A DNA stretch of 64,000 nt from an uncultured Burkholderiales bacterium (GCA_964504875.1 CAZDFJ010000004.1:23870-87869); one strand, 5' to 3'. Positions 40,319 to 51,086 are shown, numbered from the stretch's first letter. Translations and numbers: made by a program. The notes: generated by a model from the sequence alone, not told the origin.

Positions 40319-42283
40319 ATGTCAGGTGCAATCGAATCTGTATTAAAAGAAAATCGTATTTTTCCCCCATCAGAAGAATTTTTAGCCCAAGCGAACGTCA
40401 AGGGCATGGAAGGCTATAATGCATTGTGTGCTGAAGCTGAAAAAGATTACACAGGCTTTTGGGGTAAATTAGCAAAAGAAAACATTGCATGGTTTAAAGA
40501 TTTTACAGAAGTTTTGGATGAATCCAATGCCCCGTTTTATAAATGGTTTTATGATGGTGAGTTAAACGTTTCTTATAATTGTTTAGATCGTCATCTTGAA
40601 ACAAAAGGCGACAAAGTTGCGATCATTTTTGAGGCGGATAGTGGGGATGTCACAAAAGTCACATACAAAGAGCTTTATCACAAAGTATGTCAATTTGCAA
40701 ATGGCTTAAAATCCTTGGGTGTGCAAAAAGGAGATCGCGTTGTCATTTACTTGCCAATGAGCGTAGAAGCGGTTGTAGCGATGCAAGCTTGCGTTCGTTT
40801 GGGAGCAATTCATTCAGTGGTGTTCGGTGGATTCTCAGCGAAAAGCTTGCATGAGCGTGTTGTTGATGCTCAAGCCAAATTAATTATTACAGCAGATGGT
40901 CAATTCCGTGGTGGCCGCAATATTCCATTAAAACCCGCAGTAGATGAGGCCTTGAGTTTAGAAGGCTCTGAATGCATCCAAAATGTCGTTGTTTATCAAC
41001 GGACAAAAGGTGAAGTGGTTTGGGGTGAACGGGATCTGTGGTGGCATGATGTTGTGGCGGGCAAAGAAGAAGAATGTCCCGCAGAGCCTATGAACGCAGA
41101 AGATCCACTCTTTATTTTGTATACTTCTGGTTCAACTGGAAAACCAAAAGGCGTACAACATTCAACTGGAGGTTATTTACTTGGCGCGATTATGAGTTTG
41201 CGTTGGGTTTTTGACTACAAAGAAAGTGATATTTTCTGGTGTACAGCGGATGTGGGTTGGATTACAGGACATACTTATGTTGCTTATGGCCCGTTAGCGG
41301 TAGGGGCGACTGAAGTAATTTTTGAAGGGGTGCCTACTTATCCAGATGCTGGGCGTTTCTGGAAAATGATTCAAGATCATAAAGTCACAACGTTCTATAC
41401 TGCGCCAACAGCTATTCGTTCCTTAATTAAATTAGGTGGCGATTTACCAGATCAATATGATTTATCCAGCTTGCGTTTATTAGGTAGTGTGGGTGAACCA
41501 ATCAATCCTGAAGCATGGATGTGGTATTACGAAAAAATTGGTGGCAGCCGTTGCCCAATTGTTGACACATGGTGGCAAACTGAAACAGGTTCAAATATGA
41601 TCGCGCCATTACCAGGAGCGGTTGCAACAAAACCAGGTTCTTGCACATTACCATTGCCAGGGATTATGGCAGATGTTGTGGATGAAAATGCCCAATCTAC
41701 AGAATTAGGAACAGGTGGTTACTTAGTGATCAAACGTCCTTTCCCATCTCAATTACGAACCATTTGGAATGATCCAGATCGTTTCAAAACAAGTTATTTC
41801 CCACCTGATTTTGCCGGATTCTACTTGGCTGGGGATTCTGCCCATCGTGATTTAGACGGCTATACATGGATTATGGGTCGGATTGATGATGTCTTGAACG
41901 TTTCTGGTCACCGTTTAGGAACGATGGAAATTGAATCTGCATTAGTAGCTCATGAATTAGTGGCAGAAGCAGCAGTTGTAGGTAAACCACATGATGTGAA
42001 AGGGGAATCTATTGTTGCTTATGTAGTCTTGAAAGGTGTCCGTCCTGAAGGCGATGGTGCCAAAGAAATCGCTGATAAATTGCGTTCTTGGGTTGCTCAA
42101 GAGATTGGACCGATTGCAAAACCTGACGAAATTCGCTTCGGTGAAAACTTACCTAAAACACGCTCTGGTAAAATTATGCGTCGTTTGCTTCGTTCTTTGG
42201 CACGTGGCGAAGAAATCAAATCAGATGTTTCTACTTTAGAAAATCCAGGGATTTTAGATCAACTGAAATCTTCAGGAAGTTAA
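40319..42283 (+). CDS. acs: Acetyl-CoA synthetase (AMP-forming)
   Basis: The 654-aa product carries [18 protein letters not shown] and the C-terminal [11 protein letters not shown]. Confidence 0.95.
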   Translation: MSGAIESVLKENRIFPPSEEFLAQANVKGMEGYNALCAEAEKDYTGFWGKLAKENIAWFKDFTEVLDESNAPFYKWFYDGELNVSYNCLDRHLETKGDKVAIIFEADSGDVTKVTYKELYHKVCQFANGLKSLGVQKGDRVVIYLPMSVEAVVAMQACVRLGAIHSVVFGGFSAKSLHERVVDAQAKLIITADGQFRGGRNIPLKPAVDEALSLEGSECIQNVVVYQRTKGEVVWGERDLWWHDVVAGKEEECPAEPMNAEDPLFILYTSGSTGKPKGVQHSTGGYLLGAIMSLRWVFDYKESDIFWCTADVGWITGHTYVAYGPLAVGATEVIFEGVPTYPDAGRFWKMIQDHKVTTFYTAPTAIRSLIKLGGDLPDQYDLSSLRLLGSVGEPINPEAWMWYYEKIGGSRCPIVDTWWQTETGSNMIAPLPGAVATKPGSCTLPLPGIMADVVDENAQSTELGTGGYLVIKRPFPSQLRTIWNDPDRFKTSYFPPDFAGFYLAGDSAHRDLDGYTWIMGRIDDVLNVSGHRLGTMEIESALVAHELVAEAAVVGKPHDVKGESIVAYVVLKGVRPEGDGAKEIADKLRSWVAQEIGPIAKPDEIRFGENLPKTRSGKIMRRLLRSLARGEEIKSDVSTLENPGILDQLKSSGS

Positions 42284-42335
42284 TTTTTACTAAAATAATA
42301 GAATAAGAATCTTAAGTTATTTTTGATATATCAAT

Positions 42336-42369
42336 AAGGATCATGCAAATGCATGATCCTTTTTTTTTA
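42336..42369 (+). terminator. Rho-independent terminator of acs
   Basis: A 12-bp stem pairs AAGGATCATGCA with TGCATGATCCTT and is followed by T9. Confidence 0.8.
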
Positions 42370-42507
42370 GACATAAAATTTGTAAAATGGCATGATTTTT
42401 GAATACTTTTTAGAAAAATTGGGCAGGTAATACACGAGAAGTGCTAGACGAAAATAAAAATTAATGTTATTTAATAAAAAACAAACAAAAATAAAAAGGA
42501 TTAAAAA

Positions 42508-44604
42508 ATGTTATGGTTAACCAAAATGTCAATTCGGATGAAATTAACTTTATCTGTGACATTGATTACATTAATTGGATTAATACTAACAGTCAGTGTG
42601 ATTGTGAAGCAAGGGAAAGAATCCTTGCAAGATATCACGTTTCAACATGCTGAGATCACGGCTCATAAGGAAGCTGTTGAAGTCGAGGCTTATTTAAATC
42701 ATGGAATGGAAATTGCGCGGGGAATTGCCCGAGATTTTGAGATTTTAAAACAAAATCATATTATTAATCGTGCGTTATACAATCAAATTTTGATTCGTGC
42801 ATTGAAATCCAATCCTGATTTTATTGCAGCCTGGACGATTTGGGAACCCAATGCCCTTGATCAAAATGATGCGGCATATATAGGTCAACAGGGTACGGAT
42901 CCAAAAGATGGACGTTATATTCCCTACTTTAATCGCAAAACAGCAGATGGAAGTATTGCATTAGATACAGCTGTTGATAAACCAGAAGATTATCAAGCGG
43001 ATTTTTACGGGGGTGTAAAAGCAACACAAAAGGAAGTGATTGCAAAGCCGGCTTCTTATATGATTAATGGTCAACCCACGCTCTTAAGTGGCTTAATTGT
43101 GCCATTAATTATTAATAATCAATTTGTTGGTGTGGTAGGCATTGATATTGATTTAAATGCTTTGCAAAAAAAATTAGCGAAAATTCACTTGTATGATAAA
43201 GGATTTGTGACATTAATTGCACATGATGGAACGCGGGTCACATGGCATGATCCTCAAAAAATTGGAAAGCCTTTTGAAGAAAGTTCAAAATTACCCCATC
43301 CCTTAATTCAAAAGGTAAAAGATAAAATCCAAAGTGGGGAAAAATATCATTTACGTATTCCGGAAATTAATCGAGAATGGTATCTTAATCCTGTTTATAT
43401 AGGCAATACACAAACTCCATGGGGATTAGTAGGTGCTTTTCCATTAGATATTGTGACTAAAAAAAGTGATTATTTAATTCAATTAGGTATGGTTTTGAGC
43501 GCAGGAACTCTTTTTTTTCTAGTCGGATTAATTAGTATTAGTTTATACTTTTTTGTGAATAAGCCATTATCTAAATTGATTTTTAAAATTAAAGATGCCA
43601 GTCAAAATGGTAAATTTGATGTCGATTTTAGAGTGCATCAAAAAGATGAAATAGGAGAATTAACACAGCATTTGCATATTATGGTTTCTGTTTTATCTTC
43701 TGGATTAGAAGAAATTAAACAAATGATGCAGTGCCTATCTCAGGGTGATTTAACACAAAAAATGTCTAAAAAATACGTTGGCGATTTAGCGGTGGTTTCA
43801 CGAGATGCTAATAGCGCTATTGAAGCATTATCTGTATTAATTACACATTTAAAATTGAACGTCACACAAATGTATCAAATTGCATATGAAGTGTCGCAAG
43901 GCAATGAATCACTTTCAACGCGGACAAATGAACAAGCGCGCTGTGTTGAAAATGCAACAGATAAAATAAATAAAATGCGGGAACAGATTGCGCAAAACGT
44001 TCAGTCTGCTGAGCAGATTAATAAAATTATTATAGAAATGGTCACGCTGGTTCAAAAAGGGCGGGTTTCAACGGATCAAACGGTGCAGGCTGTGGAAGAA
44101 ATTGCCATGCGTGCTCAAAGTATTGCGCATATTACAAATCTGATTGATGAAATAGCTGAACAGACAAATTTGTTAGCCTTAAATGCTTCAATTGAATCTG
44201 CGCGCGCGGGCGAAGCGGGGCGGGGGTTTGCTGTTGTTGCAAGTGAGGTGCGGGCTTTAGCACAGCGCTCTGCAAAAGCGGCCAAGGAAATAAAAGGATT
44301 GACACAACGTTCAGTGGAGAAAGTCGCAGAAGGTCAAACATTAATCCATCATACAGAAATAATTAGTCATGAGATGGAAAAAACAATTGGAGTGGTCTCT
44401 AATTTTATGTCTGAAATTTTGAATGCGTCGCGTAATCAAAACGAAAATGCCCATGAAATCGGAAACATGATGCAATCTATTCAAGATATGACGACTCAAA
44501 ATGATATTTTAGTAGAACGACTTAATCAGTTGGGTAATGCGCTCGAAACCCAATCGCAAGATGTCACGCAATCTATTGCAACGTTTAAGGTAATGACAAA
44601 CTAA
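42508..44604 (+). CDS. Methyl-accepting chemotaxis protein (double-Cache-type sensor, HAMP)
   Basis: The 698-aa product carries GRYIPYFNR and [12 protein letters not shown] (Cache). Its hairpin tip is [36 protein letters not shown]. The start may be the Met at 42526. Confidence 0.9.
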   Translation: MLWLTKMSIRMKLTLSVTLITLIGLILTVSVIVKQGKESLQDITFQHAEITAHKEAVEVEAYLNHGMEIARGIARDFEILKQNHIINRALYNQILIRALKSNPDFIAAWTIWEPNALDQNDAAYIGQQGTDPKDGRYIPYFNRKTADGSIALDTAVDKPEDYQADFYGGVKATQKEVIAKPASYMINGQPTLLSGLIVPLIINNQFVGVVGIDIDLNALQKKLAKIHLYDKGFVTLIAHDGTRVTWHDPQKIGKPFEESSKLPHPLIQKVKDKIQSGEKYHLRIPEINREWYLNPVYIGNTQTPWGLVGAFPLDIVTKKSDYLIQLGMVLSAGTLFFLVGLISISLYFFVNKPLSKLIFKIKDASQNGKFDVDFRVHQKDEIGELTQHLHIMVSVLSSGLEEIKQMMQCLSQGDLTQKMSKKYVGDLAVVSRDANSAIEALSVLITHLKLNVTQMYQIAYEVSQGNESLSTRTNEQARCVENATDKINKMREQIAQNVQSAEQINKIIIEMVTLVQKGRVSTDQTVQAVEEIAMRAQSIAHITNLIDEIAEQTNLLALNASIESARAGEAGRGFAVVASEVRALAQRSAKAAKEIKGLTQRSVEKVAEGQTLIHHTEIISHEMEKTIGVVSNFMSEILNASRNQNENAHEIGNMMQSIQDMTTQNDILVERLNQLGNALETQSQDVTQSIATFKVMTN

Positions 44605-44624
44605 GGGAAGAGAATGAAAAGAGG

Positions 44625-44728
44625 AGGTGGCGAGCCCGACCCACGGCACTTGTCGACAATGACATGGCTGCTTCCTTCCGGACCTGACCTGGTGTGCCAT
44701 TTAACAATGCGTGGAGACCCGCCATTGT
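44625..44728 (-). ncRNA. ffs: Signal recognition particle 4.5S RNA
   Basis: The minus strand reads ...GGCGGGUCUCC...ACCAGGUCAGGUCCGGAAGGAAGCAGCC...GGGCUCGCCACC. The 28-nt ACCAGGUCAGGUCCGGAAGGAAGCAGCC block is identical to the conserved domain IV of E. coli 4.5S RNA. The 5' and 3' ends are complementary. End coordinates are good to about 5 nt. Confidence 0.85.
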
Positions 44729-44749
44729 ATTGGCGAAACACCAAAAAAC

Positions 44750-44840
44750 TGGCGGAAAGAGCGGGATTCGAACCCGCGGTACGGTATTACCGTACACACG
44801 CTTTCCAGGCGTGCACCTTCAACCACTCGGTCACCTTTCC
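44750..44840 (-). tRNA. tRNA-Ser (anticodon GGA), with long variable arm and encoded CCA
   Basis: The minus strand reads GGAAAGGTGACCGAGTGGTTGAAGGTGCACGCCTGGAAAGCGTGTGTACGGTAATACCGTACCGCGGGTTCGAATCCCGCTCTTTCCGCCA. The acceptor stem pairs GGAAAGG with TCTTTCC. The anticodon loop is CUGGAAA. A variable-arm hairpin is present, and the T-loop is GGTTCGAATCC. Confidence 0.9.
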
Positions 44841-44878
44841 GTATTATTTGGAAACAACGTTTCAAATATGAGAAGCGT

Positions 44879-44906
44879 ATTATAGCATATTTTTGCTCAA
44901 TGTCAA
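44879..44906 (-). promoter_or_regulatory. Near-consensus sigma70 promoter driving tRNA-Ser (and probably ffs)
   Basis: The minus strand has TTGACA (44906..44901), a 16-nt spacer and TATAAT (44884..44879). The -10 box lies about 38 nt upstream of the mature tRNA 5' end. Confidence 0.7.
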
Positions 44907-44912
44907 GTAAAT

Positions 44913-46097
44913 TTAGCGAATTGGCCAATCCAGTGCTTTCCCTAATTCATTTTTTGGAATGTGAGAATCAAACAAAATAGATGTAGGCATTTCATAAGCG
45001 TGTAATCGTGTTTGTATCCATTGTCTAAAATGATCATGAAACGCTTGTTTTTCTTGGAGGGCGGGATCTTTTAAGACAATGCGAGCTTTTAATAGATGTT
45101 GAACATGGTCTGATCGTACAACACATTCTTTAATATCAGGATGTTGCTCAAAAACATATTCAATATGCTCAGGATAAACGCAATGTTGGTCTATATAAAT
45201 TGCTGTATCAATGCGTTTTCCCACCCAAAAATGTTGGTTATCTTCCCAAATTAATTGATTAGATAAACGATAGGATAAGATTGTCCCATTTTGACAATAT
45301 CGAAGTAGATAATTTGATTGCGGATCGTGCTGCCAGTAGGGAAAAAGTCGATAGGGATCATTGAAATGATCACGATAACCGACACATCCCGTTTTAGTAG
45401 AAATATAAAAATCTGTGAAATATTGCAATTCAAGTGTTTGTAAAGTAGAAATAATTTCGGGTCGACAAGGAGCGATGGCACTGATCCCATGCGTTTGTTT
45501 TGGAAATGAAAGAAAAGTGAGACAGATAGTTTTCCAAATAGTTGGGGTGCCAATAATTAAATCACTGGTTTGAAATTTAATCGAAGCGAGTTGTTTTATA
45601 GAACTTTCAATAACGGCAATGTCCAAAAACTTAGGCAAGATAATTGTGAATAAAAAACCATAAAAATGATGACAAGGCACAAAACTAATAATTCGTTTTG
45701 AGTCAGAAAGCATTTGAATAAGGAAGCTAACTTCTTGTGTGAAAAAAAGCAGAGTGTGCTCATAGTGTTCTACTAAATCAACACTACCTGATGATGAAAA
45801 AGTCAGTGCAGTTTTATTCCAGTGTATTTGAATAAAATCAATCCATTGTTTTAATGTAGATAATTTTAAGAAAATCTCGTCTGAAAGGGGAATATGAATT
45901 TGAAAAAATCTTTGTATTGCATTAGTTAGGCGAATCTGTTCAGTAAAATTAATATTTAAATATTGGATAAAATTAGTGTGCTTCTCCCAATTTAATTCAG
46001 TAAAATTGTTTGAATCAATATAACGGCTTTGGGAGAGCTCAGCAATAATAATATGCTTGATTATCCGAAAAAAATCTGTTTCTGTTAAGTCAATCAT
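44913..46097 (-). CDS. ANL-superfamily (adenylate-forming, acyl-CoA/acyl-protein synthetase-like) protein with a degenerate P-loop
   Basis: The 394-aa product has TFSSSGSVD in place of the (T/S)SG(T/S)TGxPK motif. Its C-terminal subdomain is ANL-like: ARIVLKD...YEMPTSILFDSHIPKNELGK. Confidence 0.5.
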   Translation of the reverse strand: MIDLTETDFFRIIKHIIIAELSQSRYIDSNNFTELNWEKHTNFIQYLNINFTEQIRLTNAIQRFFQIHIPLSDEIFLKLSTLKQWIDFIQIHWNKTALTFSSSGSVDLVEHYEHTLLFFTQEVSFLIQMLSDSKRIISFVPCHHFYGFLFTIILPKFLDIAVIESSIKQLASIKFQTSDLIIGTPTIWKTICLTFLSFPKQTHGISAIAPCRPEIISTLQTLELQYFTDFYISTKTGCVGYRDHFNDPYRLFPYWQHDPQSNYLLRYCQNGTILSYRLSNQLIWEDNQHFWVGKRIDTAIYIDQHCVYPEHIEYVFEQHPDIKECVVRSDHVQHLLKARIVLKDPALQEKQAFHDHFRQWIQTRLHAYEMPTSILFDSHIPKNELGKALDWPIR

Positions 46098-47008
46098 AGA
46101 AGAAAAGTTCTGATGAAAAAAGCCTTTTGCTTTTTTTCTTTTAAAAAAAAATTGATGAAACTTAATAAATTACACCAAATTTAAGGGTAAATAATTTAAT
46201 AAAAACTGAATTGTAAGCTTCTATTTTATATAAAAAATAACTTGTTTAACAATAAAGATAGATTACTTAATATGAAATATGATACACATTCCTGTAAACG
46301 ATGTCATTAGTTAAAAATGTCTGCTAAGCAAGTGGTTATTAAAATCATTCGAAAAAATTTAATAGTTATTGATTAACATACTGATGTCATAAGTAAATGT
46401 GTTATAATTCTGGACAAAATAAATGCTGATAGCTAGATAAATACGCTAAATGAAATAAATATAAGAAAAATAGGGAAAGATAGTGTGTTTTGACGGGCTT
46501 TTAAAGATTTTTTTATTAAAAAAAACTGAACTCAAAATGCGATTTTGGTTTTTTTTAATGTAATAAAAACAGTTATAATGTTATTTTTATTTGTAATAAT
46601 AAAAATAATTATAATCGTTAAAAATACTGTAAATGTCCCTAAACGATATGTTGTATTTTTAATAATAATACAAAAACATATTTTTGGTCTGCGACGTTGT
46701 TTCCCTAAAATGATAGGTCAGATATAAGATTCAGTAAAAAAAAATTACTGTAGAATGATAAAATATAGAAAGTAATCTCATCTTCACGTGAAGATTGGAA
46801 GGCTCGGCATAGGGTAGGCACCGTGACGAGCAGTGCGTGATGAATAAAAAAATAAATGTTTTGAGAAGAGCAAAGCAGATATTTAGCATGTTTTTATTCA
46901 TCAACATATGTGGGTTAATTTCAAAAAAATGGTTATCTAAATTTTATTGGAAATTAACTATTATTATAGTCACCATTTTAATCTATCCAAATTTTTTATT
47001 GAAACACT

Positions 47009-47290
47009 ATGGACACTCAAACAAAAGAAATTATTATTCAAGGTCTTACGAGTAGTGGTAGAACATTTCGTCCAAGCGACTGGGCAGAACGACTTTCTGG
47101 GGCATTGTCTAGCTTCGGGACAGATCAGCGTATGCGGTATTCTCCGTATGTGCGGCCTATGACACTAAAAGGGATAAAATGCGTTGTTGTTGATATGCGC
47201 CTAAAAGATTCTCAACCACGTGCATATAACTTCTTAATAGGGTTTGCCCGCGATAATGATTTACAAGTAATTGATGAACAAGTTTCTTAG
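47009..47290 (+). CDS. Small conserved protein, DUF3579-like
   Basis: The 93-aa product contains GRTFRPSDWAERL...YSPYVRP, recalled as characteristic of the betaproteobacterial DUF3579 family. Overlapping AT-rich ORFs in other frames look spurious. Confidence 0.5.
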   Translation: MDTQTKEIIIQGLTSSGRTFRPSDWAERLSGALSSFGTDQRMRYSPYVRPMTLKGIKCVVVDMRLKDSQPRAYNFLIGFARDNDLQVIDEQVS

Positions 47291-47761
47291 GATTATAAAG
47301 AGAACCAAGGAGGATAAAAGCGCGATAGAGCATAGACACATCGACTTTTCCAAGCGCAATGTGTGTGTTCTATACAACGCTTCATTATAAAATTTGACAA
47401 GAATAAAAAGCGGAGAACGCCAAGCACTTTCTGAGTCTAGCGAAATAAAATATATGCATTTATTCCTAAGAACCAAGTGTAAAAAATAAAATTAGGTGAA
47501 TAAACGCATTATTTTTTTGCCGCTTCGCGCAAAATTTTTTGTGATGAGCTGGCTCAATCAATCTAAGTATCCAGTTTTCAAAAGACAAATAAAAAAAGAG
47601 AAGTAATATTTAGTTACCAAATTCATGTTATGTCTTGAAAAATTTTAAAATAGAGTTTGGTATTTATACATCAAAAGTGTGTAAATAAAATATGCATTTT
47701 TTTATCCATAGTGCATGAAATTGAATCAGAGACAATAAAAATATGCTCATTTATCTTCGTG

Positions 47762-47800
47762 AATTGAAACGTCATAAAAAGGCGTTTCAATTATTTTTTA
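47762..47800 (+). terminator. Orphan Rho-independent terminator in an intergenic region
   Basis: A 10-bp stem pairs AATTGAAACG with CGTTTCAATT and is followed by ATTTTTTATGTTTTTT. It lies 470 nt downstream of the nearest plus-strand stop and 40 nt upstream of the cbiX-like start. Confidence 0.55.
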
Positions 47801-47839
47801 TGTTTTTTCGTCATCAATATATTTTATTTTTTATTTGAA

Positions 47840-48226
47840 ATGACATTACAAGCTTTAATTCTTTTTGGACATGGTTCACGTGATGCCCGTTGGGTTGAAC
47901 CGCTCTTACAATTTCAATCTATTTTACAAGGGATGTTGAAAGAACATTGGCAAATAGAACTTGCCTTTTTAGAATTTATGACACCTAATTTAGAACAATG
48001 TTTAAATCATTTTCTTGAAAAAACAGCCATCAGAAAGATCTCCATTTTGCCGATGTTTATTGGAATGGGACAGCATTTACGCCATGATTTACCGCTTCTT
48101 TTAGAAAAATTATCTCAACAATATCCACAATTAGAATTACAGCTTTTAACCAGTTTTGGGGAAAACACCTCGCTTTTACAGGCGGCGGCTTGTGCGTTAA
48201 GTTCTCAACTCCATTCATCACAATAA
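47840..48226 (+). CDS. cbiX: CbiX-type (small) sirohydrochlorin chelatase
   Basis: The 128-aa product has LILFGHGSRD (catalytic His) and ILPMFIGMGQHLRHDLP, typical of short CbiX. Confidence 0.7.
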   Translation: MTLQALILFGHGSRDARWVEPLLQFQSILQGMLKEHWQIELAFLEFMTPNLEQCLNHFLEKTAIRKISILPMFIGMGQHLRHDLPLLLEKLSQQYPQLELQLLTSFGENTSLLQAAACALSSQLHSSQ

Positions 48227-48253
48227 TCTTTATTATATCCGCGCTTATCATCT

Positions 48254-48862
48254 ATGTCGCTTTTCTTGCATCCAACAACTTTACTTTGCTTGTGGGGTGT
48301 CTTTGTTTTTTCTCTTTCTCTTTTATCAATTCAATTGCAATTATTACTTGTCTTAATTTCCTTTGGGATATTATTTTATTTTAAACAATCACCCTTAAAA
48401 AGCATAAAACAAAGCCGTTATTTTTTAGGTATGATTTTTCTTGTGAATATTCTCACTAGTTCTGGTGATTGGCAAATAAGTTTATACAGTGGATTAATAC
48501 AAAGTATTCGTTTCTTAAATATGGCAATAAGTATTCATATTTTATTATTGTTATTAACAAAAGAAATGTTGTTGATGGGGTTATATTATTTATTTTATCC
48601 ACTGCGTTTTTTGCAAATTCATTCTGATATCTTAGTGATGCGTTTGTGGCTGACATTACAGTATTTTGAAAAATTTATTGCAGAAAAACAACAATATTCG
48701 GTTTCTGATTGGCATTTATTGCTGCAATATTTCATTCAAAAAGAGAGTGCTCAAAAGTGTGAAATTTATTTGCCTTCGAAAAAGTTTCACTTTTTGGATA
48801 AATTCATTTTTCTAATCATAATTAGCTTTATAATTTTTTATATTACGTATAAAATAATTTGA
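48254..48862 (+). CDS. Multi-pass membrane protein, possibly CbiQ/EcfT-like
   Basis: The 202-aa product has 4-5 hydrophobic segments. The family guess rests only on topology and adjacency to the cbiX-like gene. Confidence 0.3.
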   Translation: MSLFLHPTTLLCLWGVFVFSLSLLSIQLQLLLVLISFGILFYFKQSPLKSIKQSRYFLGMIFLVNILTSSGDWQISLYSGLIQSIRFLNMAISIHILLLLLTKEMLLMGLYYLFYPLRFLQIHSDILVMRLWLTLQYFEKFIAEKQQYSVSDWHLLLQYFIQKESAQKCEIYLPSKKFHFLDKFIFLIIISFIIFYITYKII

Positions 48863-48982
48863 TTTTGTTATATTCAATTTCTTTTCGTTATAAAAAATTG
48901 TTGTAAATATAGATGTGATTGCAGACTTTTTTCTATCTAAAATTATTGTTTCTTCACAATTATTGGATACATATTACAAAAT

Positions 48983-51040
48983 ATGAAAATAAACTTAAGA
49001 GTTAAATTGTTATTAACAGTCAGCTTAATTTCATTATTGGGATTTGGGTTAACGGTTTTTATGATTAGTCGGGATGTGTCGCAGTTTATGCTCACATTTG
49101 CGCTTCAGGATACAAAAGAAATCGCGCGCCATTATGCTGCTGAGGTGGACGGGGAATTAGACAGTATTATGTCTGTTCCACGTACAATTGCTAGTTTTTT
49201 TGAATCTGAAATTAAAGATAAAAAAATTGATCGAGATATGGCTGATCATGTGTTACGCAATATTTTAGATAAAAATAAACAATTGCTAGCTACATGGATC
49301 TGTTTTGAACCGAATGCTTTTGATGGGAAAGATGCAGAATTTGTTGGAAAAGCAGGAACAGATAAGACAGGGCGTTATATTCCTTACTGGAACCGTGCGT
49401 CAGGAGAAATCAAGTTAGAGCCGCTTGTGGATTATGAAAAAGAAACAAGTGCGGGAGATTATTATAATTTGCCCCGAAAGTTGAAACGTGAGGTCGCAAT
49501 TGATGCTTATGACTATCCCATTTCTGGAGTCAATGTTTTAATTACAAGCTTGACTATTCCTGTCTTTTTGGATGGGCAAGTGATTGGTGTGGCAGGGATT
49601 GATCTTGCTTTAGCAGATATTCAGAAAAAATTGCAGCAATTGCATCCTTATGAAACAGGTACGGTAGAATTGCTTTCAAGTACAGGTAGTTTTGTTTCGC
49701 ATCATGATTCTAAAATGATTGGGAAAGACATTACTGTTGCCTATCCCAATATTACAGGCATTAAAGAAGTCATTCAAAAAAATAGTGAATATTATTTCAC
49801 AGATGAAAAAACCAATCGATTGCATGTTTTTATTCCTATTCATGTAGGGAAGAATCAATCAGCATGGTTCGTCATGGTCACAATTCCTATGGAAGAAATG
49901 ATGAAACATGTTGTTAAAGTACGACAAAATGCAATGATTATGGGTTTAATTGCCACTGTTGTGATTATTATTGTTTTATTATTATTTATTCATTCATTGG
50001 TTACAAATCCGCTTTCTATTGTGGTCTCACATATTAAAAATATTGTCGATCGATGTGATTTTTCATTAACAATTCCTATAAAGCGTCATGATGAAATTGG
50101 TAAAGCTGTTTCTTCAATTAATCATTTAATTGAAACAAATAAACAGGCGATTAATAGTATTAATTCTATTATGGGAAGTGTTTCAAGGGGTGATTTAAGC
50201 CAAAGGATCAATCATGAATTTAGCGGTGATTTTCATGTATTAAAAACGAATATTAATTCTTCGTTGGATCGTTTTGCGAGTATCTTGCAACAAGTCACAG
50301 ATAGTACTTATCGCATTGCAACAACGGTGTTACAAACAAGTCGGGCGATTGATCAAGTTGCCCACGGATCAAATTCGCAATTAGAAACAATTTCTGAGGT
50401 CGTGCGTTCTATCAGTGAAAGTGCGCAGGCTATTTCTAGCGTACAACAAAGTATGGAAAAAGCGCGGGAAAATGCGGCCTCGACGGCATCATTAACTGAT
50501 CATGGTCAGGCAGAAATGCAACAAATGGTGCAAGTGGTTAACCAAATTGCAGAGAACAGCGAACAAATTAATCGTATTACCAATGTGATTGGGGAAATTG
50601 CAGAAAAAACAAATTTATTGGCGTTGAATGCGGCCATTGAGTCGGCACGGGCTGGGGAAACAGGCCGCGGTTTTGCAGTGGTGGCAGACGAAGTCCGAAA
50701 ATTAGCAGAAGGTTCGGCCGCCCAAGTGAGCGGAATTGTAACTTTAGTTAATCATGCAGTTGAAAAGGCGCAAGTTAGTGTGAATATTGCTGAAACAGTA
50801 AGTGGTGAAATTTCACAAATTACAGAAGCCGTTCATGCCAATCAAGTTCTTTTCCAAGAAGTCATTTCTGCGGTCACACAACAAAAACGGGCTATTTTGC
50901 TTCTTGAAGAAAGTGCGGGGCAATTACGGTCGATTGCAGAAAATAATGCAAGCGCGGCGGAAGAAGTTGCCTCGACTGCAATAGAATTATCAAAAGTCGC
51001 AGAAAGCACACGTTCACAATTAGAAACCTTTAAGTTTTAA
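48983..51040 (+). CDS. Methyl-accepting chemotaxis protein (double-Cache-type sensor, HAMP)
   Basis: The 685-aa product carries GRYIPYWNR and [12 protein letters not shown] (Cache). Its hairpin tip is [36 protein letters not shown]. Confidence 0.9.
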   Translation: MKINLRVKLLLTVSLISLLGFGLTVFMISRDVSQFMLTFALQDTKEIARHYAAEVDGELDSIMSVPRTIASFFESEIKDKKIDRDMADHVLRNILDKNKQLLATWICFEPNAFDGKDAEFVGKAGTDKTGRYIPYWNRASGEIKLEPLVDYEKETSAGDYYNLPRKLKREVAIDAYDYPISGVNVLITSLTIPVFLDGQVIGVAGIDLALADIQKKLQQLHPYETGTVELLSSTGSFVSHHDSKMIGKDITVAYPNITGIKEVIQKNSEYYFTDEKTNRLHVFIPIHVGKNQSAWFVMVTIPMEEMMKHVVKVRQNAMIMGLIATVVIIIVLLLFIHSLVTNPLSIVVSHIKNIVDRCDFSLTIPIKRHDEIGKAVSSINHLIETNKQAINSINSIMGSVSRGDLSQRINHEFSGDFHVLKTNINSSLDRFASILQQVTDSTYRIATTVLQTSRAIDQVAHGSNSQLETISEVVRSISESAQAISSVQQSMEKARENAASTASLTDHGQAEMQQMVQVVNQIAENSEQINRITNVIGEIAEKTNLLALNAAIESARAGETGRGFAVVADEVRKLAEGSAAQVSGIVTLVNHAVEKAQVSVNIAETVSGEISQITEAVHANQVLFQEVISAVTQQKRAILLLEESAGQLRSIAENNASAAEEVASTAIELSKVAESTRSQLETFKF

Positions 51041-51054
51041 GTATTATCAGCATT

Positions 51055-51086
51055 AAAAAGCCCCATCAAAGGGGCTTTATTTTTAA
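51055..51086 (+). terminator. Bidirectional Rho-independent terminator between convergent genes
   Basis: The stem pairs AAAGCCCC with GGGGCTTT and is flanked by A-run and T-run sequences. Confidence 0.75.

Noticed and set aside
44509-44980. Six overlapping 63-89-aa ORFs on both strands.
   Set aside because: They overlie the tRNA-Ser and 4.5S RNA genes and their promoter. They are artefacts of GC-rich structured RNA genes.
46545-47476. Several 60-72-aa ORFs (46545, 46837, 46947 on plus; 47157, 47261 on minus) in the AT-rich desert.
   Set aside because: Their composition is dominated by Ile, Lys, Phe and Asn, as expected from random AT-rich DNA. They overlap one another and the better-supported DUF3579-like ORF, and they lack convincing RBSs.
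44750-47840. A genomic island integrated at tRNA-Ser.
   Set aside because: There is no integrase or recombinase gene, and no direct repeat of the tRNA 3' end is seen downstream. The tRNA 3' end faces ffs, not the AT-rich region.
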